The notes: generated by a model from the sequence alone, not told the origin. Shown: positions 49,301 to 61,692, counted from the stretch's first letter. The stretch: 64,000 nucleotides of DNA from Antedon mediterranea (GCF_964355755.1 NC_092670.1:39544388-39608387), one strand, 5' to 3'. Program-made: numbers and translations.

Positions 49301-52300
49301 AGCATCAGAAGTTAACAACAAAGATTAGATATTTTCCAATATTTACCTCTAACAGTTACTGCAAATGTGCATGTAGCCACATTGCCATAAACATCAATTG
49401 CTGTATATATTATAACAAATGTTCCAATATTAAACTCATCACCACTCATCTTTGGAGAAGACGAAAGTGTTACAGCCAACCCAGAATTGTCAGATACTTC
49501 AGCTTTTGTCCAGTTGACAAAAGCGGTTGAACTTTCATTTCGAAGCATAACAAGTGTATTGTTAGGACAGGTAAGATCCGGAACAACATTATCTATAAAA
49601 TATAGAAAAACCGTTTTTGTAATCCTGGGATTGTACAAAACCAGTATAGGAAAGTATAATACAGTGATGTTACAGTATAATAAATACAAATCAAACATTT
49701 GTAAAAAACTACTTTACTTTTTATAAACCCCTAGAATATGGAAGTTATTTTAATTTCTGCCTAGAACAAAACACACAAGGCAAACACCTAAAAAATGAAA
49801 TCTGTGGAATGGCTTTACTAGAAATGTTTATGTGCACCTTTGTCAATACAGTACATCCGTTCTAGTTGGAGCCATGCCCAGTTAATAGTCTAATGTATAC
49901 AAGTTTTACCTATAATTTCAATGTTAAAAGAACATGTAGTGTTCACATTGCCAGAACCATCTGTAGCATTAACATAAACGGTGTGATTTCCAATAGACAA
50001 TGTTGCGCCTTGCTGTATACTGGTAGTGATGTTAGGGTCTACACCAGAGTTATCTGTAGCAGTAGTGGTTGGTGACCACATTACAGATGTAGAATCCGTT
50101 GTGGTGTCTGTGTAGTCCACAACATCGCTGGGACACAACGTAATTATTGGTGCTTCATTATCTGTACAAAAAATAAATTGCAATCTTAAAAAACAATTTT
50201 TTGACTTTTGTGAATCTTTCTGATATTTATGACGACACCACAAAAATAAAGCTTCTTATAATGGGGTACCTTTTATATATAAGTTGATTAAAAAGTACAA
50301 AATATCATGAGCAATTTTAATTGATTGTTTTACTGTCCAAATACAATCATGATTTCATGTTAAAAATAACACCACAATACTTCTATACATCTAATGTTTT
50401 ATTACTTGATTAATAAACATACCTTCAACAGTAATGGTAAAAGTACATGTTGTATTAACATTATCATATGGATCAGAGGCTGTGTACTGTACTACTGTTT
50501 CACCAGCTGGGAATTCAAACGTGGTTTGGTTGTGAGAGCCAACGATGTCTGGTATAGCTCCCGAGTTGTCCGTAGCTGTTGGTTCCATCCAGGTTGCCAG
50601 GCCTGTAGGTTCTCCCTCTGTTGTGTTAACTGACTGATCATCAGGACACATTGTAAACACTGGGGCTTCTTCATCTGCCATTAAAAACAACATTTTCAGT
50701 TAATGCAGTATGTTTGTTTATTGGCCTACTTACATTGCTGTATTTGGACCATCAGAATGATTTTTACTTAAATTGTATATCTTTCCAAAACTGTACTACA
50801 TACCTGTGACATATATGTTAAATGAACACATTCCTTTATTTATTGATAAGTCAGTTGCATTTATAGTTATCATTGTTGCGCCTATACTAAATTCAGTAGC
50901 AGCATTGCTGGTCTGTGATTCACTGATACTAAGATCCATAGTAGAATCAACGTTATCCGTGAACGTTGGTGAAGTCCACGTCACACCAGTGGCAACATCG
51001 TCGCCGCTATCTGTAGTTACCATCTGATCATTTGGACAATCATCTGTTATTGGAATCTCATCATCTGTTGAGTTAAAAAATACATTTTAATATTGGTAAT
51101 GGGACTATCTAATAATATTTTGAGAACGATAGCATTTTTGTTAATATATGTAGACAATTTTTCTTTTTTTTAGTTACCCTAACCTAGTTCAATTCTAATA
51201 AACTACTACATATACAATTGTAATTGGCAGTTCAATGTAACTTTAGGAAAGATTCGGATCTTCTCCAGGGAGAATGCATTAATTGTAATGTTGTTTTTTT
51301 GAGGGATTTGATTGAGGACATCTTTTATGTTAAAACTCATTTATCAGAAGATATTAATAACAAAAAATTTAAACTATATAAACCTGAAATTGAATACCTG
51401 TTATAGTAATGACAAAAACACACGTATAATTCACGTTTCCGGCAGCATCCGATGCATTTATCTGCACGGTAGTGTCACCAAATTCAAAGGTATCGCCGGA
51501 GTTGTGATTGCGCATATACATTGGGGTTTCATTTGAATTATCCGTAGCCTGTGCACTCATCCATTCCATAGTTGTTGAGTTTATTCCTTGATCTGTTGTA
51601 GATGTGTTGTCCGACGGACAAAAGGTAAACACTGGAGCTTGATCATCTAAACAACAATTATAAATGTTTTTGAAATGAATATATGTTTCTTTTTTGCAAA
51701 GGTGATAAATACTGATGTCATGTGGCAATTACGGTAATGGCACAATCTTTCGTTTTGTGAAACAGAAAATATGAATGTAGCTTTACCTGTAACATTAACA
51801 AAGAACTGGCATGTTGTATTAACGTTTTCCCCCATGTCAGTTGCATTATATTTGACAAGAGTAGATCCAATTGAGAATGTGTCACCACCATCAAAGTTTG
51901 ATAGAATCGTCGGAGGGTCACCAGAGTTATCGGTTGCTTCTACAGTTGTCCAGTTGACGACTGCTGATGGAAGATCTGGATCGGTTCTTATGATTATATC
52001 CGATGGACATTCCGTGAACACTGGCGGTTCAGTATCTACAATAAAAATGTATGTAAATATTGGTCTACAGTTTTTATGTATCTCCAGTGCCCTATTATGT
52101 GCTGTACTGAATAGTTCCTATTGAGCTACTCAATGCTGAGAAGAACTATACTGTAGCAACAACCACACTGTGTTTTTATTATTGCTTATACAGAGTAATT
52201 ACTGCTGCAACCACAGACAGTGCTTCAGAAATACTAAACTACAGGTATATTATATTGTGAATACTACACCCAAATGGTATTACAGCAAATGATATACTGC

Positions 52301-55300
52301 TGTGACCAAAGAAGTCTATGCAGCTATAACAGCAGTATTACAGCAGAAAAAGACAATTTCTGCCAAAAAAAGTTAATTTCTCAAACAAAATGATTGTCTC
52401 ACCTTTAATAGTAACTGAGAATTTGCAGGTAGTGTTAACATTGCCGGCAGGATCAGTAGCATTGAACATAACATCAGTTGTGCCAATTGGAAAAGTTGCT
52501 CCAGATTCAAGAGAACCATCTATCATAACAGTCAGCAGAGAATTATCAACAGCAGTTACATTTGGCCAGGTGACTATAGCAGTTGGGAGACCAGGATTGG
52601 TTTCATTCATAATGTCACTCGGGCAACTTGTAAACTCTGGAGGCTCCATGTCTGTAAAAAAAATAATAATATAGCATTATTTCAAAGTTATTGTTTTCAC
52701 TGTAACTAGAAGATTTTTACAAAGATTCCATAGCATTGTGCAAAGTAGGTGGACATAGGCCTATATATGGCTGTTGAAATTTTTAGTAGATTTAATTTAT
52801 TATTTGCTTCGAAAATTTACAAATATTTTCTATTTTACCCATGATTGTAATGTTGAAGGAACAAGTTCCATTAACATTGCCGGCTGCATCTGTTGCATTG
52901 TATTCAACTGTAGTAACACCAATTGGAAATGCAAAACCACTGTCATAGTTTGATAAAATGGTTGGTTGCTCATTTGAGTTGTCTGTAGCTGTCACGCTAT
53001 CCCATGTTTCAACCGATGTTGAAGATCCGGGATCAGTCTCAGATGTAATGTCAACTGTACATGATGTAAATAACGGGGCTTCGTTATCTAAAAAAATAAT
53101 AATAACATACGGTAAACAATATCTCATAAGGTACAAATATTAATCATGGTAAAAGTATGTTTGATTGGTATAATACCTGTTATATCAACTCTGAATGAGC
53201 AGGAATCGTTAGTATTGCCGTACATATCTGTAGCATTGTACATGACAAGAGTTGAGCCAATCGGAAAGCTTGTACCATTCTCGTAATTACTGTCTATTGT
53301 TGGTGTGACACCAGAATTGTCTATAGCTTCGACGGCACCCCATGTGATTACTGCGTCTGCAGAGCCTGGGTCAGTGGTATCTGTGATATCATCCGGACAG
53401 GCCGTGAAATCTGGTTTTTCATCATCTAATTTTCATTGATAAAACAAAAATGATTACATTATTTTAACATTTTGAACCGACTGATAACTGGGAATGACAT
53501 TTTGTTTAGACATAATGAGGTAGTAGGCCTATATGAGTGAGATTAACTACTTGTTCAGTTATGTGCTAATGGTAGAAATAAATTACTGTAGTTAATTATT
53601 ACTGCAGTAAGTATTTTCATAAAAAAAACTTTAAACCTTTGACTGTTACAGAAAATGTACACGTTCCAGTATTTCCACTAGGATCTGTTGCTATGTATGT
53701 ATTAGTAATAGTAGTAGTAAGGCCTGACGTCAAAGCAACTTGATCTCCAATGTCATAGTTTGAGACAATCGATATAGCACATTGGTTGTCCTCATCTACC
53801 GTTGGTTCAACCCATGATAGCGTTGCAAAGTTTTCATTGGGATCTGTTGGAACTGTTTGATCTGGTGGACAGTAAGTGAACGTCGGACTGTCCGAATCAT
53901 CAACTGAAAACGACACAAGAAAAAAACCCCAATATTAAAAAAAAGTGGTACATTTCCACAAAATATTTGAAGCTCTGTCTACACTATCAACTAGTTTGAC
54001 AAAAATGTGTGATGTGCCCATATAGTGGTGATATGCCCAAATATGGTAGTGCTATGACAAATGTCCATATATGGGTACATCACTTTTTTTTGTCACATAA
54101 AGTTTGTAGACAGAGCGTTAGCATAAATGAATTATGTATAAATATGTGGTTAATAATCTATGCATGCAAAAAAGGAGGAAGCTTCACAATAGGAGTTTGA
54201 CAACATGGCACCACATCATACTTACATATTTAAAAAGGCGATTGAACCACCGAAGAACATACTTACATATTTCACATACAAAAGATAGGATATCAGCACA
54301 GCTTTGATCGTTCCAGTTCCACTGGTTTGCATACATTTCAATGCAATCTTCATCACCCAAATTATTTGGTTCAGCATTACGAAAATCTGCAAATGTCCAT
54401 TAATTTTACATAAAATTACGTTATAGTAGACACTTAAATTAGCAGTGGTTGATACAATACTTTAAAATAATGGTGGGGGGGGGGGGGGGGAAGGGGAGAG
54501 AAGGGAACCCAGGGCCTAAAAATTGATTAGCAGTGGTGGATACCAAACTTTGAAATAGTGGTGGGGAAGGGGAGAAAAAAATTTAAAAGTGAAGTGTTGA
54601 CTAAATGTTGGATTTTTACAAATTTAGATTTTAAAGTAATTCCAATTGTGCTGCAGTCTATTCATAACCTACATTAACCAAGTTGTTCAAATATATTTGT
54701 TTACTTTAGCACTGTATAATATTGTAAATGTCTTACTTGTATAATTGGTGCATTCCCCAGTTTCTACCCAAACAAATAGTCCTTCTTCATCTATATCTCT
54801 AAAACCAATCCATACTCTTGCGGAAATAAGTGAACCAATAAAATCATTTTCTGCTTGACTGCTTATCACAACAAGATCAGCTCCAAGACTCTGACAGGTT
54901 GATCTAGCTGTTTGCCAATTAGCGTTATCATCGCTAAAGTATCTGTAACAGCTTCCATTGTATGCTGTCCAATCAGGTGGGCAAGCTAAATATAAACAGT
55001 AGAATAGTATGAAATGTGAATTTAATAATAATAATACTGTATTTATTAGGTCATCAATGAATAATATCCATAAGGGGAAATGGCTAAAAATTGAAATTGT
55101 TGGTGAACTCTTTATGTATGTAAAGGCCAACTCAGACAGCGTCGTACAACGAGGCCCGACGAAAAGTTTTGACTTGTAGGTGTTGTCTGTTGAGTTGTCT
55201 TATGCGATAGCTTCGGGCATAGTTTTTAGGTCGTCGCAAGAACTTTAAACATGTCACTCATCAGGCCTTGATGCTGTCTGAGGTGGCATGAAATAACAAT

Positions 55301-58300
55301 CTAAGAAAACTTTCATTTTTATATTTACCTGTTATATTAACTGTGAATGAGCAGGAATTGTTAGTGTTGCCATACATATCTGTAGCATTGTACATGACAA
55401 GAGTTGAGCCAATCGGAAAGCTTGTACCATTCTCGTAATTACTGTCTATTGTTGGTGTGACACCAGAATTGTCTATAGCTTCGACGGCACCCCACGTGAT
55501 TACTGCGTCTGCAGAGCCGGGGTCAGTGGTATCCGTGATATCATCCGGACAGGCCGTGAAATCTGGTTTTTCATCATCTAATTTTCATTGAAAAAACAAA
55601 ATTTATTACATTATTTTAACATTTTGAACCAACTGATAACTGGGAATGACATTTTGTTTAGACATAATGAGGTAGTAGGCCTATATGAGTGAGATTAACT
55701 ACTTGTTCAGTTATGTGCTAATGGTAGAAATAAATTACTGTAGTCAATTATTACTGCAGTAATTAGTATTTTTATAAAAAAAACTTGATACCTGTGACTG
55801 TTACAGAAAATGTACACGTTCCAGTATTTCCACTAGGATCTGTTGCTATGTATGTATTAGTAATAGTAGTAGTAAGGCCTGACGTCAAAGCAACTTGATC
55901 TCCAATGTCATAGTTTGAGACAATCAATATAGCACATTGGTTGTCCTCATCTACCATTGGTTCAACCCATGATAGCGTTGCAAAGTTTTCATTGGGATCT
56001 GTTGCAACAGTTTGATCTGGTGGACAGTAAGTAAATGTTGGACTATCCAAATCATCAACTAAAAACGACAAAGGGAAAAAAAAGCTCAATATTATAAATA
56101 AAACTTGAAGAAATATGGTGGTGATATGCCCAAATACGGTAGTGTTATGTCCATATATGGGCACATCACTTTTTTTTTGTCACATAAAGTTTGATAGTGT
56201 GGACAGAGCTTTAGCGTAAAAGAATGATGTATAAACACATGGTCAATAATCTATGCATGCAAAAAAGAAGGGAGCTTCACAATAGGAGTAGAAGTTTGAC
56301 AACATGGAACAATATCTAACTTAAAATTAAATCTTTGTTTACCTAACATTACAGACTAAAAATTATTATCTTATTATACCAGAAAAAAGTAAAAAGGCGA
56401 TTGAACCACCGAAGAACATACTTACATATTTCACATACAAAGGATAGGATAAGAGTACAGGGTAGATCGTTCCAGCCCCACTGGTTTGGATACATTTCAA
56501 TACAATCTTCACCACCCGCGTTATTTGGTTCAGAAGGACGAAAATCTGCAAATTTCCATTAATTTGGTATTTATATTATAAAAAATTACGTTATAGTAGA
56601 TACTTAAATATACGAGTATAGCAGTGGTTGATACAGTACTTTGAAATAGTGGTGGGGAAGGAGAGAAGGGAAGCCAGGGCCTAATATTGATTAGCAGTGG
56701 TGGATACCAAATTTTGAAATATTGGTGGGGAAGGGGAGCCAGGGCCTAAAGATTGATTAGCAGTGGAGGATACCAAATTTTGAAATAGTTGTGGGGAAGG
56801 GGAGAAAAGAACCCAGAGCCTAAAAATTTAAAAAATGAAGTGTTGACCGAATGTTGGATTTTTACACATTTAGATTTTAAAGTAATTCCAATTGTGCTGC
56901 AGTCTATTCATAGACCATCTTAACTAAGTTGTTCAAATATATCTGTTTACTTTAACACTGTATAATATTGTAAATGTCTTACTTGTATAATTGGTGCATT
57001 CCCCAGTTTCTACCCAAACAAATAGTCCTTCTTCATCTATATCTCTAAAACCAATCCATACTCTTTCGGAAATAAGTGAACCAATAAAATCATTTTCTGC
57101 TTGACTGCTTATCACAACAAGATCAGCTCCAAGACTCTGACAGGTTGATCTAGCTGTTTGCCAATTAGCGTTATCATCGCTAAAGTATCTGTAACAGCTT
57201 CCATTGTATGCTGTCCAATCAGGTGGGCAAGCTAAATATAAACAGTAGAATAGTATGAAATGTGAATTTATTTATTAGGTCATCAATGAATAATATCCAT
57301 AAGGGGAAATAGGCTAAAGCCCAAACGGATTCTGCACTCACTCCATACAATAGTTAAATAAACCATGTTATTATACCTCCATGAAACCCTTATATCAAGG
57401 AGATTAAACAATTGTATTACAAATAAAACTATACATAAATAAAGTGTTTTGTTAGAGCATCTTTAAATATTGAAATTGTTGGTGAACTCTTTATGTATGT
57501 AAAGGCCAACTCAGACGAGGCCCGACGTCTTGACGAGTTGTCTTATGCGATAGCGTCAGGCATAGTTTTTAGGTCGTCACAAGAACTTTAAACATGTCAC
57601 CCGACGAGATGACTCATCAGGCCTCGTACGATGCTGCCTGAGGTGGCATATCAACAATAAGTACTTTTGTATGAATGACAAACCTCCATATGAAATAATT
57701 ATAAGTCCTGTGGGTTCGGATATAGATCCTTCAAACACATTTGCCGTGACTGGCGTGGTTGTGTTGGCCCCTTCAACTGCTTCAACTCTCACTACTTCGT
57801 GTTCATCCCAATCCGTATAATAAACGAATCCTCGGTGATAAAATACATCGAACGGCCTTCCTTGAGCGATTTCATGAACTAGTTGATTCAAATTCCCCCA
57901 GTAATCCATTCTTCGTATCATAGACCCAAGCCCAGTAGAAGTGGATATAGCAACGTACAACCAACCGCCTTTAAAAACAACATTACATGTTATAACACAC
58001 CCGGATTGTATTTTTGCAATTTGATTGGTCAAAAATACACATCACGTCATTTGGAATTAGCCTTACCAATGAAAAAATGATATCTGATGGTGATAAATAA
58101 CAGGCTCTTATGCACGTTCAACTTTCTGTAAACATTTTGAGGATTTTTACCATGCGACATGTTGTGCGCGCCGTCTATAACTGTCAAAAGTCCGATGATC
58201 TAAAGCTTTTATTTAAAGGAGTTCAATGAATTTGCAACATATACCTTTGACATCCAATGACAGACCATTAAACCACCCATCTACTTCCATTGCTATAGTA

Positions 58301-60993
58301 GTCCTATCTTGGCCCTCATAAGAACTTCGTTCAATTTTATTAGTCTTCCTGTCACTCCAAAATAATGTTCTAAAAAAGCATGTACAATATGTGTTTTAAT
58401 TTTTTTTTCTACAGTCAACCTTCCAGTTGCTTGTATTAAAATGTGTATATTTTTATTTTCGTTACCGCTCGTCTGTGTAAATTGGCCTTAATACAAACCT
58501 GTTTGAAATAAGTGCCAGAATTCCTCTTGGCTTTTGTAGACCGGTATTGATTATAATTTTGCGATCACTTCCATCAATTTGTACAGACTCAATTGTATCG
58601 TTTATTGAGTCAGTCCAAAAGATGGTTCTTGTTAAATGATCAACCGCGACTGCCTCTGGATCTGAAACAGAACAACACATTTCATTTTATTTTATTTAAC
58701 TTTACTAATAACTTAAATAAAGCAAAGGAGCCTAAATGAAAGCATAGCTTGTTTGTATATATATTGCAATATACATACAGTGCAACATCAGAAAATCTTT
58801 TTTGATACAATGCAAATACAAAAATATATTTATAAAATAAAGTATAAACTGTTATCAAAATATTCAATAAGAAAAAATATAGTAGCCAATTAATGGTCTA
58901 GATTTTAATGTAGTATTAAGGAAGAAACCACCTCTTTTGAGATATTCCGGTGACATCCACTATGAAGAGGACACGCTCCTGTGAAGTGGACAAGTGAATG
59001 TTGCCCCTATTAAGTGAACAATTTGCTGGGTTCAGACAGTGTCACTTTAATAGGGGTTTTACTAGACTAAAGAACACATAACACATGTTATTTTTTTTAA
59101 ACTTTCCTAATACTACATTAAATAAATAAACGACAACGATTTGATGCAACTGTACCTGCCACCTCTGAAAATAAATTAAAATAACTTACATGTTATATTT
59201 TCACTGACAACAATAGTAAAACTGCTTCCGCTGAGCGGCGTCTTTAGTATCAGCCCGTTCTCAACGTCTGTTATATAAATTTCTTGTAACACTGGATCAT
59301 AGTCGATTCCAGAAAATCCGTATGTACTGTTATAATAATAAATTTGTAAATCAGTTTCATTATTATTTAATCTTCCGCCATAAATTGCTCCGGGTGCACC
59401 ATCTAAAACCATGAGTATGTCATTAGTCTCACCATCTGAAACTAGATAAAAAAAAATATCTTAGGCTTTGAATTATTCACTGCAGTTACAGGTTAAAATT
59501 GTAGGTGATTAAAGTTTCATTGGTTACATCCTAGGCCTATAAAACTTTTGAGTCAGTCTCAGTATCATAATTGTCAACCATTTTCACATCTGCAGATAGT
59601 AACATCATATTTTGTAAACAAGTGCATGTGAAGACAATTTGTTAAAATTCTCCAGAGATTTTCCGGCCAGAAGCCTGATTTTTGATCAGAGATTGATACT
59701 GTGCAACTTGCACTGGTATTTAACTGACCAATCACTACCGGTACATTATGCTGAAAAGTGCTTCCAACTATTATGACAATACTTGTGCAAGGTTCGCAAA
59801 ATAATATGTTTGAAAACGTGGAATCAAAATATATGTTACAATGTTTAACAATTTATGCAGTGTGAAAGGGGTTCAAATAATGTAAACCATGGGGTATAAA
59901 ATACATCTTGCATGTTGTAACTTAACTTACTGAGTGATGTAACTTAACTTACTGACTGAGTGATGTAACTTAACTTACTGAGTGATGTACCTTAACTTAC
60001 TGAGTGATGTACCTTAACTTACTGACTGATGTAACTTAACTTACTGACTGATGTAACTTAACTTACTGAGTGATGTACGGTAACTTAACTTACTGAGTGA
60101 TGTAACTTAACTTACTGAGTGATGTACGGTAACTTAACTTACTGAGTGATGTACGGTAACTTAACTTACTGAGTGATGTAACTTAACTTACTGAGTGATG
60201 TTAAGTTCCATGGTTGTAATCCTAAACACATTGATTCATCAGAACCGTCTGAACAATCAATATATTGAGAATCACACTCAAAACTTCCTGGAAGACACAA
60301 CATTGAACCGGATATACACTGGAACTCATCTGCATTGCATGTGGCTGCAAAATGATAACAAAATCAGTTAAATTGAATAATATGACATGTGGTTGGATAT
60401 TGGAATTTGAAGAGACAGGCCTTTTTCATAATTTGTTATATCAAATTTGTAATGATTTTACTGACATACAAACACTAAGATTGAGTAACAATTCCAATAA
60501 AATATTTTCCTGTAAAATTAATTCTTCTTTTGATGTTTTGATTTATATACTTTTTACCTAAGAAAAATGCCACAAATTTACATACATGAGAGTCAATTTG
60601 ACTTTCCTATCTTATAAACACAAAAAAGTCCTGTGTAGCTATATATATTTTTTTATAATCAACAAAAGCACTTTTAAACCTGGAGTTGCCCTTTGACTTT
60701 TTTTTTAATCCCACCTGGCTTAACTACCTTTTTGCTTGACACAAGGTCAACATCTTGTGGGTGAATGTGACCGAGGAAGAATAACTTACCATATTGTATA
60801 GACTCAAGTACTAAACTGTACTACTTTCCTTTCCACACCTTTTTACAATGTCTTTAAAGTATCAAACTGAACTTACTACAATTGACTTCATCAGATGAAT
60901 CGCTACAGTCACCTGTTCCGTCACATCTTCTTGTATAATTCGAAATACATTCACCATCCTGGCAGGTGAAACCATTAGTACAGGATTGGCATT
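22374..60993 (-). CDS. Giant adhesion GPCR (ADGRG-like 7TM): LDLa x2, YWTD beta-propeller, CLECT-HYR-HYR x2, ~47 HYR in total, EGF, Ig, SEA, HRM-like, GAIN/GPS, 7TM. Signal-peptide exon not found
   Basis: LDLa exons 60993-60877 ([16 protein letters not shown]) and 60344-60192. YWTD-type repeats (FWTD, FWSD, YYTD) at 59436-57685. CLECT with EPN/WND. ~47 phase-1 HYR exons (P...CP...W...DNS...D..GN...C.F). EGF 29942-29829, Ig 29650-29384 (DNQGYYYC), SEA with GSVI at 28907-28292. GPS CVFWD...WSSDGC...[13 protein letters not shown] at 25331-25164. TM1 exon 24873-24758, [24 protein letters not shown]. Contiguity as one transcript is inferred from strand and phase compatibility. Confidence 0.88.
23425..23641 (-). 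mobile_element. tRNA-derived SINE family 3
   Basis: Head TGGAGCTGTGGCTTGGTGGTTAA...GAGTTCAATCC; homologous to 26935-27152 and to a head fragment at 42241-42310. Confidence 0.75.
25023..25153. mobile_element. MITE family 1
   Basis: Both TIRs. Confidence 0.85.
25298..25492 (-). repeat. ~50-bp tandem repeat (4 copies) containing the acceptor and start of the GPS exon
   Basis: ACACAGGTGG recurs at 25300, 25349, 25397 and 25451, each followed by a TACATACAA motif. Confidence 0.9.
26935..27152 (-). mobile_element. tRNA-derived SINE family 3, second copy
   Basis: Aligns end to end with 23425-23641. Confidence 0.75.
27380..27895. mobile_element. MITE family 1 copy interrupted in its right TIR by a ~374-bp insert (27510-27883), probably a 5'-truncated non-LTR element or SINE
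   Basis: GTAGAC is duplicated at 27504 and 27884, the insert ends in an (AAGT)n-like tail, and the TIR resumes as AGAGCTTTA. Confidence 0.75.
29989..30125. mobile_element. MITE family 1
   Basis: Both TIRs (right one partly deleted). Confidence 0.85.
33099..38810 (-). repeat. Intragenic tandem array of a ~690-760 bp unit containing two HYR exons (A and B) and short introns, 8 units. An additional A exon lies at 40194-40445 and a diverged B at ~31633-31884
   Basis: Near-identical [22 protein letters not shown] (A) and [22 protein letters not shown] (B) exons recur with alignable introns. Confidence 0.97.
46414..46670. repeat. 11-bp tandem repeat (TAATTGGTGTT / TAACTGRTRTT), intronic
   Basis: Directly visible, with an alternating dimer structure. 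Confidence 0.9.
47200..47747. mobile_element. Non-autonomous DNA transposon with TTAA target-site duplication (Kolobok-like). Related ends or fragments at ~9037-9376, 18610-18897, 21190-21453, 29130-29246, 30538-30680
   Basis: TTAA-AGATGTATTGTCCCTT...AAGGGACAATACATCT-TTAA perfect TIR; the same terminus recurs elsewhere in the window. Confidence 0.8.
53970..54119. mobile_element. MITE family 1
   Basis: TIRs and 21-bp subrepeats. Confidence 0.85.
56113..56211. mobile_element. MITE family 1, partial (paralogous position to the 53970 copy)
   Basis: Right TIR and internal motifs. Confidence 0.8.
56620..56825. repeat. ~60-70 bp G-rich tandem repeat (3 copies; 2 copies plus a ~16-nt G run in the paralogous intron at 54440-54580)
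   Basis: Variants of TAGCAGTGGTGGATACC...TTTGAAATAGTGGTGGGGAAGG recur. Confidence 0.8.
57500..57650. mobile_element. MITE (GGCCAACTCAGAC...CTGAGGTGGCAT), duplicated at 55122-55290
   Basis: Imperfect inverted termini; present in both copies of the lectin module. Confidence 0.55.
59917..60200 (-). repeat. 22-bp tandem repeat (12 copies) of an exon-intron donor junction
   Basis: The unit on the minus strand is ACATCACTCA|GTAAGTTAAGTT. The copy at 60192 is the real donor of LDLa exon 2. Confidence 0.95.
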
Positions 60994-61354
60994 CTATTAA
61001 AAAACAAATAATACATGTGTGTTACGTGCATTGCGAATTACACGTGTCCACCGGCACATCCAGCGCTCCTGATCAATTGGAATCATCTTCCGCTCTCCCG
61101 CTAAAAATGCAATTTCTCCCGATATTTTAAATAAAAAACAAACAACATTCTGACATTGATGTTGGGCCTATTACTATAATTTTGACTACTATGTACTACT
61201 ACTACTCTACTACTCTGTCTAGTAGAAAAGAGAATGACATATATGATAATAGCGCCCTCTAACGGCTGATGTAATATTATAATAGCGCCCTCTATAGTTA
61301 TAGCTTATATCTTTTTCCGAGTTAAGTTGGGAGAGGCCGCGACAACGGTATTTT

Positions 61355-61692
61355 TTACTCGGGGTACCCGAGTCTAGGACTTACTCATTTTCTCCTCCTC
61401 CTCCATCTGGACACTATTGAGTAAAAAGTGCGATTTTTAAAGTAATACTCCTCCCTTATTAGTTGTAGTATTGAGCTGGGATTTGGCATGAATATACTAC
61501 AGGGATATGTCCTCAAATCTATAGAGCCAGATTTTTTAATTTCAAACAGACGCAGCTATATGACGTCTCGAAGATGGTACCATGATAGCCGTATTTGGTA
61601 GGTTATTGATGTGTATGTGACGTCACATCCCGTCTTATGACGTCATTACAGCTTCATTTGCTGTACCCCGAGTATCGCACATTCGTGCTTTT
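61355..61692 (+). mobile_element. Helentron-associated non-autonomous element (HINE / DINE-1-like)
   Basis: 5' sub-TIR TACTCGGGGTAC within a palindrome, 3' sub-TIR GTACCCCGAGTA, then a GCAC-ATTC-GTGC hairpin; T-rich flanks; second copy nearby. Confidence 0.75.

Larger units (their letters stand above)
53175..57650 (-). repeat. Tandem duplication (~2.1-2.3 kb; 53175-55290 and 55327-57650) of a CLECT-HYR-HYR module
   Basis: Exons and most introns are nearly identical between the two copies. Confidence 0.95.

Noticed and set aside
26157-53143. Numerous plus-strand ORFs antisense to receptor exons (e.g. 26157, 41366, 51771, 52390)
   Set aside because: Shadow ORFs that mirror the minus-strand exons, with no motifs or splice pattern of their own.
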